Source: Bacillota bacterium
Lineage (GTDB): Bacteria > Bacillota_I > Bacilli_A > RFN20 > CAG-826
Reading direction: 5' to 3'
NCBI GenBank assembly: GCA_003501485.1
Contig: DNPJ01000012.1
Coordinates: forward strand, 5,624 to 37,961
Length of the DNA: 32,338 bases
Shown piece by piece: positions 8,769 through 18,463 of the stretch (the first letter of the stretch is position 1; each line of letters opens with the position of its first letter). Made by a program: the position numbers and the translations under genes. A model generated the notes under the pieces. That model saw only the letters and a program-made list of their open reading frames with translations. It was not told where the DNA came from and did not search any database.

Positions 8769-10366
8769 TCATTCTCCATTTTAACTGCAGCTGGGATTTT
8801 AGGAAGACCAGGCATTGTCATAATTTTACCTGTTAGAACTACTATAAAACCAGCACCGCTTGACAAACTAACTTCTTTGACATGAAGAATATGGTCATTG
8901 CCATTTACTTCAAATTTTGGGTTATCGGATAATGATAAAGGTGTTTTAGCAATGCAAACAGGTATATTGCTATATCCTAAATTCTCATATTTGGTAATTT
9001 GTTCATTTGCTTTATCAGAATACTCAACAGCGGTTGCGCGATAAATCTCTTTTGCGATTTTTTCTATTTTATCTTTAATCGAAGAATTTGCTTCTTGAAG
9101 TGGCTTATAGTTTGATTCTTCTTTTAGTAAAGAAACAACTTTATTCGCAAAATCAACCGCTCCAAAGCTTCCTTTTAAATAAGAATCAACAAAAGAAACT
9201 TCATATTTATTATCCCTACACCACGATGTCAAAACATCAATTTCTTTTTGAGAGTCAAAAGAAAAATGATTAATAGCTACCAATACAGGCAAACCATATT
9301 TTTTCATATTTTCTAAGTGGATCTTTAAATTATTGATTCCATTAAGTAAAGCATTAACGTCTTCCTTTTCCAATTCTTCAAATAGCTGTCCACCATGAAG
9401 CTTAAGCGCTCTTATAGTTGCAACTACTACAACTAAATTTGGCCTAATACCTCCAATTGGGCAAGCAATATCTAAAAACTTTTCAGCACCTAAATCCGCA
9501 CCAAAACCTGCTTCAGTGACAACGATGTCTTTTAATTTTAATGCTAGTTTTGTGGCTATTAAAGAATTGCAACCATGAGCAATATTAGCAAAAGGACCAC
9601 CGTGTATGATGCAAGGATTTTCTTCTAATGTTTGAACTAAATTAGGCATCAAAGCGTCCTTCATTAATTTCATAATTGCGTTTGATATTTTTAGTTCTTT
9701 TAAATAAATTGGTTTGTTATCAAACGAATATGCAACGATGATATTATTAATTCTATTTTTAAAATCTAATTCATCATTTGCCAAACAAAGGATTGCCATT
9801 AGTTCGCTTGCAACAGTGATTTGAAAAGAATCTTTTCTTGGAACGCCATTATTTTTACCAAGTCCTATTTCAATTTCTCTTAACGAACGATCATTCATAT
9901 CCATTGATCTTTTCCAAACAATTTTTTCTGGATCAATATTCAATTCGTTTCCTTGGTAAATATGGTTATCAATAACTGCGCTTATTAAATTAATTGAAGA
10001 TGTTAAAGCGTGCATATCGCCTGTAAAATGTAAATTAATATCTTCACTAGGAACAACGGATGCTTTTCCTCCGCCTGTTGCCCCACCTTTAAGACCAAAA
10101 ACTGGTCCTAATGATGGCTCTCTTAAACAAAGCATGGAATCTGCCCCGATCTTGCACAAGCCGTCTTGAAGAGCGATTGACATGGTCGTTTTTCCTTCTC
10201 CAACTTTACTTGGCGTTATCGCGGTTACTAAAACTAAATTCCCATCTTTTTTATTTTTTAATTCATCAAAGCATTTAAGAGATATTTTTGCTTTATCATT
10301 GCCGTATTGTTTAATAAATTTCTCATCTATTCCGCTTTTCTTTGCGATTTCAAGTATGTGTTTCAT
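8765..10366 (-). CDS. fhs: Formate--tetrahydrofolate ligase
   Basis: 533 aa. P-loop region TAITPSKVGEGKTT and a full-length match to the FTHFS pattern. Confidence 0.96.
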   Translation of the reverse strand: MKHILEIAKKSGIDEKFIKQYGNDKAKISLKCFDELKNKKDGNLVLVTAITPSKVGEGKTTMSIALQDGLCKIGADSMLCLREPSLGPVFGLKGGATGGGKASVVPSEDINLHFTGDMHALTSSINLISAVIDNHIYQGNELNIDPEKIVWKRSMDMNDRSLREIEIGLGKNNGVPRKDSFQITVASELMAILCLANDELDFKNRINNIIVAYSFDNKPIYLKELKISNAIMKLMKDALMPNLVQTLEENPCIIHGGPFANIAHGCNSLIATKLALKLKDIVVTEAGFGADLGAEKFLDIACPIGGIRPNLVVVVATIRALKLHGGQLFEELEKEDVNALLNGINNLKIHLENMKKYGLPVLVAINHFSFDSQKEIDVLTSWCRDNKYEVSFVDSYLKGSFGAVDFANKVVSLLKEESNYKPLQEANSSIKDKIEKIAKEIYRATAVEYSDKANEQITKYENLGYSNIPVCIAKTPLSLSDNPKFEVNGNDHILHVKEVSLSSGAGFIVVLTGKIMTMPGLPKIPAAVKMENE

Positions 10367-10375
10367 AATTACCTC

Positions 10376-11053
10376 CTAAATGTTTTCAATAATAAATTTT
10401 GCCATTAATAATCCAGCTGTAGAAGGAACCATCATCATAGAAGAAGGTTTTTCATTTCTAACTCGCGGACTCTCATTAGAAAAGGCGACATCAATCGTTT
10501 TAATATCAATATTTTCTTTTCTTAACTTATATCTTAGCACCTTTGCAAGAGGGTCATATGAAGTTTTATCTAATTTAGTTATTTTAACGTTTTCAGGATT
10601 AATTTTGTTTCCCATGCCTAAAGAAACAATTAATTTAATATTTCGCTTTTTAGCATATTTGATAAGTGCTATTTTTGACGGAATTTTATCAATGGCATCG
10701 ACAATAAAATCAATATTAAAACTGTTAAAAACATCTAAATTATCTTCTCCAACAAACATATTGAATTTAATTATATTGATGTTCGGATTTATTCTTTTCA
10801 AGTTCGTTTCACAGATATCAACTTTGTTTTTGCCTACATCATCTGAGAAATAAAATATCTGACGGTTTATGTTAGACTCATCAACAATATCGTGATCAAC
10901 AATAATAAAATTCATAAAACCGCTTCTGGCAAGAGCCATTAGACACGTTCCACCAACTCCACCTAGCCCCACAACTAAAACTGTTTTATCTTTAAACTGG
11001 TTAACTCGTTTCAAACCTAATAGTTCAATTGTTCTATCTAGATATGTGCTCAT
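10376..11053 (-). CDS. tcdA: ThiF/HesA-family protein, TcdA-like tRNA threonylcarbamoyladenosine dehydratase
   Basis: 225 aa. Rossmann motif VVGLGGVGG, then IVDHDIVDESNINRQ. Size and sequence resemble YrvM/TcdA. Confidence 0.75.
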   Translation of the reverse strand: MSTYLDRTIELLGLKRVNQFKDKTVLVVGLGGVGGTCLMALARSGFMNFIIVDHDIVDESNINRQIFYFSDDVGKNKVDICETNLKRINPNINIIKFNMFVGEDNLDVFNSFNIDFIVDAIDKIPSKIALIKYAKKRNIKLIVSLGMGNKINPENVKITKLDKTSYDPLAKVLRYKLRKENIDIKTIDVAFSNESPRVRNEKPSSMMMVPSTAGLLMAKFIIENI

Positions 11054-11919
11054 TGTTTGATCACCTTTAAAATATCTTTATCATCATTGTAAAATATTAC
11101 AGGGAATTGATGTCTTATAAAAGTCATTTGTCTTTTAGCGTAATTCCTTGTATGTTGTTTAATAAGTTCGATGCGCTTATCGATATCACTTTTATCATCA
11201 TTAATTCCAATTAATTCTTTATATCCGATTGCTTGCATTGCGTTTACATTGCCATATTTGCTATAAAGTTGTTTGAATTCATCAATCAAACCATTTTTAA
11301 CCATTCCATCAACTCGATCATTTATTCTTTCATAAAGAACATCGCGTTCCATGTTTTTTACAAAAAAATAAACATCATCATAAATCAATTTATGGCTTTG
11401 CTCTGCGACAATATCGCTTTTTTTCTTATTTTGAGAATAAAAAATTTGAAGAGCGCGCATTACTCTCTTTCGATTATTCGGATGTATTTTAGATGCTTCT
11501 ACTTCATCGATTTGTTTTAATTTTTCATGCAATTCGCCATTGTTTAATTTTTCAAATTGTGACATATCAACTGGTTTTTCATCTTCAAAAGAATAATCAT
11601 AAAGACCACTTCGAATATAAAGGCCACTTCCTCCAACGATAATAACTATCTTGTTGCGAGATAATATATCATCAATAGTTCTTCTTAAATTCTTTTGATA
11701 TTCCATTATCGAGTAAGAATGAAATGGATCAACAAAAGAATATAAATGATGAGGAATAATTGAAAAGTATTCTTTTGGGGGCTTTGCAACTCCAATATTA
11801 AAATCTTTATAGCTTTGAAAAGCATCTCCATTTACTATTTCAGCATCTAAAATTCTAGCAATATTAAGTGCTGTTTCAGATTTCCCAAGACATGTTGGAC
11901 CAGTAATAACAATAATCAT
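11050..11919 (-). CDS. miaA: tRNA dimethylallyltransferase
   Basis: 289 aa, MIIVITGPTCLGKSETA P-loop, IPP-transferase pattern throughout. Confidence 0.95.
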   Translation of the reverse strand: MIIVITGPTCLGKSETALNIARILDAEIVNGDAFQSYKDFNIGVAKPPKEYFSIIPHHLYSFVDPFHSYSIMEYQKNLRRTIDDILSRNKIVIIVGGSGLYIRSGLYDYSFEDEKPVDMSQFEKLNNGELHEKLKQIDEVEASKIHPNNRKRVMRALQIFYSQNKKKSDIVAEQSHKLIYDDVYFFVKNMERDVLYERINDRVDGMVKNGLIDEFKQLYSKYGNVNAMQAIGYKELIGINDDKSDIDKRIELIKQHTRNYAKRQMTFIRHQFPVIFYNDDKDILKVIKQ

Positions 11920-12230
11920 TTTAAATAGTCTCTAACTTCTTTTAATAAAACATCTACTTCGTTTTGTAAATTTATAAAATTTTGGTATAAAGGATTTAAG
12001 TTTAATTCTTCTTTGATTGCTAAATATTTTTCTTTTTCAAATGAATATATTTCATCGTTATTCACATTTTTGCACATTAAGCGTTGATGCTTTCTAAGTT
12101 CACTTAATAATTCTTGAATTTCGTTATTGTTTTCTAGTGCTTTTTTCGTCTTTAAATAATTTTTTATAACGTCGTTTTCATATAAAACATTTTTTAATTG
12201 TTCTAACGCTATATCAAATTCATTACTCAT
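11916..12230 (-). CDS. YlbF/YmcA-family protein (RicA-like by position downstream of miaB)
   Basis: 104 aa, all-helical. The pattern (ENDVIKNYLKTKKALENNNEIQELLSELRKHQ ... LNLNPLYQNFINLQNEVDVLLKEV) fits the Com_YlbF family. It overlaps miaB by 8 nt and miaA by 4 nt. B. subtilis has ymcA immediately after ymcB(miaB). Confidence 0.55.
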   Translation of the reverse strand: MSNEFDIALEQLKNVLYENDVIKNYLKTKKALENNNEIQELLSELRKHQRLMCKNVNNDEIYSFEKEKYLAIKEELNLNPLYQNFINLQNEVDVLLKEVRDYLK

Positions 12231-13665
12231 TTACTAATTCTCCGAGTAAAGAATAAAGATGCGATTCATTTATCTTTACATTAACAATCTTTCCAACAAG
12301 AGATATATCACCTTTAAAATGAACGAGTTTATTTTTTTCAGTATATCCCGATAGCATTTCAGGATTCTTCTCTGATATACCTTCCACTAAAACAGAATAA
12401 GTTTTTCCAATCATATCATTTGAGGAAACAGCAATAGTTTTTTCAAGTGCTTTTAAAAGTTCTTTAAATCTTTGTGATTTTTCTATGCTAGTAACATTAT
12501 CTTTTATTTTTGCCGCTGGTGTTCCATTTCTAGGCGAATAAATGAACGTAAAAGCAGAATCATATTTAACATCTTCAACCATTTTTATTGTATCTAAAAA
12601 TTGCTCATATGTTTCGTTTGGAAAACCGACAATAATGTCAGTAGATAATGCGACATCAGGTATTTTCTTTCTTATTAAATCAACAAGATCTTTATACTGT
12701 TTTGCGGTATATCTTCTTCCCATTAAACGCAATATTTCATCTGAACCGCTTTGCACAGGAAGATGAATATATTTCATTATGTTATCGTGTTTAGCAATAA
12801 CATCGATCATTTCTTCTTTAAAATCCCATGGATGTGAAGTTAAAAATCTTACACGAGGCATTCCAATTTTGGCGACTTCATCTAATAGTTTTGCAAAAGA
12901 AGAACCATCATTTAAATCTTTTCCATACGCATTCACATTTTGACCAAGAAGCGTCACTTCTTGATATCCAGAGTCTTTGAGTTCTTTTACTTCATTTAAA
13001 ATATCATCAATTTTACGGCTTCTTTCTTTGCCCCTTGTATAAGGAACGATGCAATATGTGCAAAACTTATCGCAACCATAAGAAATATTAACAAATGCTT
13101 TAAATGATGATAAACGCTTAGAAGGAAGATTCTCTCTTATATCACCTGGAACAGATTTAACATCGACCAAACGCACACGTTTTTTTATTATTTCATCCAA
13201 CAAATTTGGTAAATCATAAATATTATGAGTGCCGAAAATTAAATCAACATGTTTATATTTATCTAATAATTTTTCTATTATATGTTTTTGTTGAACCATG
13301 CAACCACAGATACCTATGATCACATTTTTATTTTCTTGTTTATAAGATTTTAGATCACCAATTTTTCCAAAAACTTTATCTTCAGCATTTTCTCTTACAG
13401 CACAGGTGTTAAGAATAATAACATCTGCTTCTTTTTCATTTAAAGCTTTGGTAAATCCCGCTTTTTCAAAAATTCCAGACATTATTTCTTCATCACGGTA
13501 ATTTGCTTGGCAACCATAAGTATGGATAAAATATTTTTTCCCTTTAGCATAATTTTTTAAAACATCAGGAATTTTAATTTCACTATAATCAAATGAAAAA
13601 TTTAGATTCCTTCGTCTTTCAAGTTTGTCATCTGGTAAAGATAGAAATTCACATTTATTTGCCAT
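12223..13665 (-). CDS. miaB: tRNA-2-methylthio-N6-dimethylallyladenosine synthase (radical SAM methylthiotransferase)
   Basis: 480 aa. UPF0004 N-domain (HTYGCQANYRDEE), radical SAM CDKFCTYC, C-terminal TRAM. Confidence 0.95.
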   Translation of the reverse strand: MANKCEFLSLPDDKLERRRNLNFSFDYSEIKIPDVLKNYAKGKKYFIHTYGCQANYRDEEIMSGIFEKAGFTKALNEKEADVIILNTCAVRENAEDKVFGKIGDLKSYKQENKNVIIGICGCMVQQKHIIEKLLDKYKHVDLIFGTHNIYDLPNLLDEIIKKRVRLVDVKSVPGDIRENLPSKRLSSFKAFVNISYGCDKFCTYCIVPYTRGKERSRKIDDILNEVKELKDSGYQEVTLLGQNVNAYGKDLNDGSSFAKLLDEVAKIGMPRVRFLTSHPWDFKEEMIDVIAKHDNIMKYIHLPVQSGSDEILRLMGRRYTAKQYKDLVDLIRKKIPDVALSTDIIVGFPNETYEQFLDTIKMVEDVKYDSAFTFIYSPRNGTPAAKIKDNVTSIEKSQRFKELLKALEKTIAVSSNDMIGKTYSVLVEGISEKNPEMLSGYTEKNKLVHFKGDISLVGKIVNVKINESHLYSLLGELVNE

Positions 13666-13675
13666 GATATTTCTC

Positions 13676-14458
13676 CTAACTCAATAATTTAACAGTAAAA
13701 ATTTCTTTGCATCGTTTAGTGTCATTATCAATATCTAAAACAATTGCATTGATCATTTCTTGATCATCGCCACCTATTTCAAATCTTTCAGTGCCACCAA
13801 AAATTGTTTTATTAATAACGCTATTGCGTTCGAAACCAAGTACTCCGTTTGCCGCGCCACACATTCCAATATCAGAAATAAAAGCTGTTCCTTTTTCAAG
13901 TATTTTTGCATCATTAGTTTGAACGTGTGTATGTGTTCCAACTACAGCACTTACTAAACCATCAAATGTATATCCGATGCACATTTTTTCTCCTGTTGCT
14001 TCTGCATGAAAATCAACGATATGAATGCTATCTTCGCCATCAATTTCATCTAGAAGCTGTTTTAAAGCAAGATATGGAGCAACCACTTCCTCTTTCATAA
14101 AAGCTGTTCCAAGTAAATTAGTAACGCGAATCTTAATTCCATCACACTCTTTAACAATTGAGCCTTGACCTCCAATATTTTTGATTAAATTTAAAGGTCT
14201 AACAAGAGAGTCTGCACCGTCTATAAAATTCAAGATACGATTTTTTCCTAAATAATGATTGCCTAATGTTACAACATCAATTCCATCATTAATTAATTCA
14301 TCATAATGTTTTTCAATTAATCCTTTACCATGGGTCACATTTTCGCCATTGGCAATCACAAAATCAATCTGATATTTTTTTATCAGTTTTTCGATATTAT
14401 GTTTTATAGCTTCTCGACCAACACGGCCGACAATATCCCCAAAGAAAAGTATTCTCAT
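13676..14458 (-). CDS. ymdB: YmdB-type metallophosphoesterase (2',3'-cyclic-nucleotide phosphodiesterase family)
   Basis: 260 aa, MRILFFGDIVGRVGREAI...IANGENVTHGKGL...LGNH. Very close to the B. subtilis YmdB pattern and located directly after rny, as in Bacillus. Confidence 0.9.
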   Translation of the reverse strand: MRILFFGDIVGRVGREAIKHNIEKLIKKYQIDFVIANGENVTHGKGLIEKHYDELINDGIDVVTLGNHYLGKNRILNFIDGADSLVRPLNLIKNIGGQGSIVKECDGIKIRVTNLLGTAFMKEEVVAPYLALKQLLDEIDGEDSIHIVDFHAEATGEKMCIGYTFDGLVSAVVGTHTHVQTNDAKILEKGTAFISDIGMCGAANGVLGFERNSVINKTIFGGTERFEIGGDDQEMINAIVLDIDNDTKRCKEIFTVKLLS

Positions 14459-14460
14459 AA

Positions 14461-16044
14461 TTATTTTGCTGTTTCAATAGCGCGATATTCACGAATAACA
14501 GAGACTTTAATTTGTCCAGGATATGTCATTTCTGTTTCAATTTTTTCTCTAATATCTCGTGCTAATTTAAAAGCCGCTAAATCGTCAATTTTTTCAGGAA
14601 TAACCATTACGCGAACTTCGCGTCCTGATTGCATCGCATAACATTGGTAAACACCATCATATGATTTGCAAATTGTTTCAAGTTGTTCAATTCGTTTAAT
14701 GTAATTTTCAAGCGTTTCACTTCTAGCGCCTGGTCTAGCAGCAGAAAGAGTATCGGCAGCTTGAACCAAATTAGAAATGATATATTTAGCAGGAACATCA
14801 CCATGGTGAGATTCAATTGCGTTAACAACAACATCTGGTTCGCCATATTTTTTAGCCAATCTAGCACCTAGTTCAACGTGTGAACCGTCTTGTTCAAAAT
14901 CAACTGATTTACCAATATCATGTAAAAGACCAGCACGTTTTGCTAAGTTTTGGTCAAGACCTAATTCAGCAGCCATAATACCCGCTAAGTAAGCAACTTC
15001 CATTGAATGATCATATGCGCTTTGACCATATGAAGTACGATATTTAAGGCGACCTACATACATTAATAAATCTTTGTTAATTTTTGGAAGCCCTAGTTTA
15101 AACGCGGCATCTTCGCCTGCTTTTTTAATTTGGACATCCATTTCACTTTGTACTTTAGCAGTTACTTCTTCAATTCTTCCCGGTTGAATTCTTCCATCCT
15201 TAATAAGAATATCTAATGTACGACGAGCAATTTCACGTCTAATTGGATTAAAACAGCTAACAGTAATTACCTCTGGGGTATCATCGATGATTAAATCGAC
15301 ACCTAAAAGTTGTTCTAATGTACGAATATTTCTACCTTCACGTCCAATGATTCTGCCTTTCATTTCATCACTAGGAAGCGAGACTGTACAAACAGTTCTT
15401 TCCGTAACTGTTTCTTGAGAGAATTTGCTAATTGCAAGAGAAAGCATTTCTTTTGCTTTATCTTCAACTTCCGCTTTTGCCTCATCTTCTTTGTTTTTAA
15501 TATACGCAGCAATTTCCATCGACATTTTGCTTTCAACACGAGCAAAAATCTCTTCACGAGCCTCTTTTACTGATAATTGAGCAACCTTTTCAAGTTCAGA
15601 AATAATTGAATCGATTTTCGATTGAAGAAGAGTTTCTTTTTTGTCGCATTCTTTTAAACGTCTATTGAGCAATTCATTTTTTTCTTCAATAGCGTTTTCT
15701 TTGTTTAATAAATTAGCATCACGGCGATCAATATTTTGCTCGCGTTGATTTAATTTGTTTTCTTGTTGAGCGTATTCTTGTTTTCTTTCGCGAATTTCTT
15801 TTTCAGCTTCTTGTTTTAGTTCTGCAACAGTTTGCTTTCCGTCTAATTGAGCATTTTTTCTAATTTGTTCCGCTCTAATTTCTGCATCATGTAAGATTTT
15901 TTCAGCTTTTTTATCAGCAGATTTAGCTTTAAATGATGGAACTAATTTGAAAATCAAAAAAGTTACTAAAAAGCCAAATAATAACGCAACCGCAATTAAA
16001 ACAATAGTCACCCATGTCGGGATTGCACCGTCCATAATAATCAT
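14461..16044 (-). CDS. rny: Ribonuclease Y
   Basis: N-terminal TM helix, coiled coil, KH domain (GRIIGREGRNIR) and HD domain (LLHDIGK...HHGD). The ORF track starts at 16095. I prefer the ATG at comp. 16042-16044 (MIIMDGAIP...), which follows GGAGG by 7 nt. Confidence 0.95.
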   Translation of the reverse strand: MIIMDGAIPTWVTIVLIAVALLFGFLVTFLIFKLVPSFKAKSADKKAEKILHDAEIRAEQIRKNAQLDGKQTVAELKQEAEKEIRERKQEYAQQENKLNQREQNIDRRDANLLNKENAIEEKNELLNRRLKECDKKETLLQSKIDSIISELEKVAQLSVKEAREEIFARVESKMSMEIAAYIKNKEDEAKAEVEDKAKEMLSLAISKFSQETVTERTVCTVSLPSDEMKGRIIGREGRNIRTLEQLLGVDLIIDDTPEVITVSCFNPIRREIARRTLDILIKDGRIQPGRIEEVTAKVQSEMDVQIKKAGEDAAFKLGLPKINKDLLMYVGRLKYRTSYGQSAYDHSMEVAYLAGIMAAELGLDQNLAKRAGLLHDIGKSVDFEQDGSHVELGARLAKKYGEPDVVVNAIESHHGDVPAKYIISNLVQAADTLSAARPGARSETLENYIKRIEQLETICKSYDGVYQCYAMQSGREVRVMVIPEKIDDLAAFKLARDIREKIETEMTYPGQIKVSVIREYRAIETAK

Positions 16045-16217
16045 AAATAAACCTCCGATATATGAAAGGTGAATTATTTTATAAAAATAAAACACCTATT
16101 ATTGTGTTTATTACCTTGTTTTTATATTTTGAAAAACAACGAATTATTTAAGTTAAAGGATAATTTATCCTAAATTTTATAATTAAATAGGTAATAAGTA
16201 TCTTTCGATACGCACAT

Positions 16218-16226
16218 ATTATAACA
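16218..16226 (-). promoter_or_regulatory. Extended -10 element (TGtTATAAT), candidate rny promoter
   Basis: Minus strand TGTTATAAT lies just downstream of the recA terminator and implies a leader of about 165 nt. The -35 is weak (TAGATA region). Confidence 0.4.
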
Positions 16227-16259
16227 ACAATCTTGTTTCTTATCTAGACTTTATTATAT

Positions 16260-16288
16260 AAAAAAATGCGCCACTAGGACGCATTTTA
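16260..16288 (-). terminator. Intrinsic terminator downstream of recA
   Basis: Minus strand AAAATGCG(T)CC-TAGT-GGCGCATTTT followed by a T-run. It starts 12 nt after the recA stop. Confidence 0.6.
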
Positions 16289-16299
16289 AATTTTGTCAT

Positions 16300-17283
16300 T
16301 TATTTGATTTTTTCAATTATTTCGTTCATTAAATCAACATGTTCTTCTAAGTAATTTTTTGCGGCATCTTTACCGTTTGCAAATCGATTGCCTTGATATT
16401 CAAACCATGATCCAGATTTTGTTAAGATTCCTTTTTGAACACCTATTTCTAATATTTCACCAGTCTTGTTGATTCCTTTTCCATAAATGATGTCAATTTG
16501 ACATGTCTTAAATGGAGGTGCAACTTTGTTTTTAACGATTTTAACATTAACTGTATTTCCGATAATATTTGTTCCATTTTTAATTGCTTCAGCGCGTCTA
16601 ATATCAATGCGGACACTAGCGTAAAATTTCAACGCACGACCACCAGTTGTGGTTTCAGGATTGCCATAAATAACGCCTACTTTTTCACGTAGTTGATTAA
16701 TGAAAATAACAGTACATTCGTGGGAATTTAATATACCTGCAAGTTTGCGCATAGCCTTAGACATCAATCGAGCTTGCAAACCGACTTGATTATCTCCCAT
16801 TTCACCATCTAATTCTTGTTGAGGAACTAAAGCGGCAACGCTATCAACAACAATTATGTCAAAAGCACCACTATTAGCTAACATTTCAACAATTTCAAGA
16901 GCTTGTTCTCCACTATCAGGTTGAGACAAGATCAATTCATCGATATCGACACCTAAATTTTTAGCGTAAACCGGATCAATTGAGTGTTCAGCATCAACAA
17001 ACGCTGCTCTTCCACCCTTCTTTTGTGCTTCGCTTATTGCGTGCAAAGCTAAAGTCGTTTTGCCACTTGATTCAGGACCATAAATTTCAATAATTCTTCC
17101 TTTTGGATATCCGCCAACACCTAAAGCGGCATCAATTAGCAAAGAACCGGAAGGTATAACATCAACATCTACTCTCGGTCTTTCACCGAGTTTCATTACT
17201 GAGCCTTTTCCAAAAACATGTTCTATTTGTTTAAGAGCTTCTTCTAATGAATTATTATCTTTTTTTAAATCATCTTTTTTCAT
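16300..17283 (-). CDS. recA: Recombinase RecA
   Basis: 327 aa. Walker [13 protein letters not shown] and full-length RecA pattern. Confidence 0.98.
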   Translation of the reverse strand: MKKDDLKKDNNSLEEALKQIEHVFGKGSVMKLGERPRVDVDVIPSGSLLIDAALGVGGYPKGRIIEIYGPESSGKTTLALHAISEAQKKGGRAAFVDAEHSIDPVYAKNLGVDIDELILSQPDSGEQALEIVEMLANSGAFDIIVVDSVAALVPQQELDGEMGDNQVGLQARLMSKAMRKLAGILNSHECTVIFINQLREKVGVIYGNPETTTGGRALKFYASVRIDIRRAEAIKNGTNIIGNTVNVKIVKNKVAPPFKTCQIDIIYGKGINKTGEILEIGVQKGILTKSGSWFEYQGNRFANGKDAAKNYLEEHVDLMNEIIEKIK

Positions 17284-17335
17284 AATTGATTCCTTTCTCC
17301 ACTATTAAACAACAATCGAAAATAAAAATCTCTTT

Positions 17336-17803
17336 TTATGCCTTATTAGTGAGACAAAGTAAGACAAAAGAAACCATTTCATTTACACACATACTACGTA
17401 TGTGGTTTCTATCACCTTTGAGATTAAGCTTTTTATAAAATATTTTATCTTTATAAGCAACTGCAATATGTACTTCACCAACAGGTTTTCCACCAACATC
17501 AGAAGTTGGGCCAGCGTTTCCTGTAACTGAAACACATATATCTACATTTAAAACATTCTTCCCACCTTTTGCCATTTCTTTTGATACTTCTTCTGAAACA
17601 ACACTGTACTTATCAATAATTTCTTTCTTAACACCTGCAAGTTTTATCTTTTCTTCAATACAGTATGTTATCAAAGAACCTTTATAAACATATGAAGCAC
17701 CAGGTATAGATGTAAAACAAGAAGCAAACATCCCACCAGTCATCGATTCAACACTGCCTAAAGTTAAATGTTTTTCTTTTAGTAATTTTAATAATTCTTC
17801 CAT
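17336..17803 (-). CDS. pncC: CinA C-terminal-domain protein / nicotinamide-nucleotide amidohydrolase PncC-like
   Basis: 155 aa, LTLGSVESMTGGMFAS...ITYCIEEKIKLAGV. Only the CinA_C domain is present (no MoCF-binding N-domain). Position between pgsA and recA matches Bacillus cinA. Confidence 0.85.
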   Translation of the reverse strand: MEELLKLLKEKHLTLGSVESMTGGMFASCFTSIPGASYVYKGSLITYCIEEKIKLAGVKKEIIDKYSVVSEEVSKEMAKGGKNVLNVDICVSVTGNAGPTSDVGGKPVGEVHIAVAYKDKIFYKKLNLKGDRNHIRSMCVNEMVSFVLLCLTNKA

Positions 17804-17805
17804 TG

Positions 17806-18444
17806 TTAATTATCCTTAAAAACAGATTTGTTTTGAACAAGATAAATGATTCCGGAAATAATAGACATTAATGTAGCTAAATAAAAGAAAATATTCGAAA
17901 TTTGCAAAAACTCCGGCCATGAAGAATCAAAATAGGAAAATGGCCAATCGTTTAATAACAACATTGGAATAGCAACCATTTGAAGAACAGTTTTACATTT
18001 TCCAAATATGTTTGCGGCAATCACCTTTCCTTTTTGAACCGCAATAAGTCTTACTCCATCAACAACCAAATCTCTGGCAATCATTAAAATAACGCAAACC
18101 ATTAAAATAGTTAGCATTGTTTTATCACTTCTTTGATTTGGAGCATATAGTTGAGGAACAAGTATAAAAATCATCATTGAATCGTTCAATAATTTATCCG
18201 CTATTGGATCTAAAAATTTTCCAAATGAGGTTATTTGATTTAATTTTCTTGCAAGATATCCATCTAAAAAATCCGTTAATGCCGCAATAATAAAAACTAA
18301 GCAATATATTAGATAAACAAGATTTATATTTGTATCTCCAATATTCGGTGCTTGAAAATCAATGCAACTTAAAACAAACATTGAAATGATTGTTACTACA
18401 ATAAGAACAATTCTTGATATTGTAATTTTGTTCGGTAAATTCAT
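17806..18444 (-). CDS. pgsA: CDP-diacylglycerol--glycerol-3-phosphate 3-phosphatidyltransferase
   Basis: 212 aa. CDP-alcohol phosphotransferase motif DFLDGYLARKLNQITSFGKFLDPIADK and multiple TM helices. Confidence 0.92.
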   Translation of the reverse strand: MNLPNKITISRIVLIVVTIISMFVLSCIDFQAPNIGDTNINLVYLIYCLVFIIAALTDFLDGYLARKLNQITSFGKFLDPIADKLLNDSMMIFILVPQLYAPNQRSDKTMLTILMVCVILMIARDLVVDGVRLIAVQKGKVIAANIFGKCKTVLQMVAIPMLLLNDWPFSYFDSSWPEFLQISNIFFYLATLMSIISGIIYLVQNKSVFKDN

Positions 18445-18463
18445 ACAAATTCCTTCTTTTGTG

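Noticed and set aside
10380-10853. 157-aa + strand ORF antisense to tcdA (similarly 26689..27108, 139 aa, antisense to rsmG)
   Set aside because: Both lie fully inside well-supported conserved genes on the other strand and are hydrophobic and low-complexity with no SD or promoter. They are typical antisense-frame shadows in biased-codon AT-rich genes.
14607-15557. Internal minus-strand ORFs 14607..14867 and 15360..15557 within rny
   Set aside because: They are out-of-frame ORFs inside the RNase Y coding sequence, Lys/Leu-rich from the coiled-coil region, with no independent signals.
16045-16095. N-terminal extensions of track ORFs: rny to 16095, the XRE gene to 2798, gpsB to 19178, der to 24146, and the 120-aa ORF to 25163
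   Set aside because: In each case a downstream ATG has a properly spaced SD (GGAGG, GGAGAG, AGGAGA). The extension either uses TTG or overlaps the upstream gene or regulatory region. Shorter starts are adopted.
17284-17335. Looked for a LexA/Cheo box (GAAC-N4-GTTC) upstream of recA
   Set aside because: None is present in the recA-cinA spacer or immediately upstream. There is no evidence for SOS regulation here.
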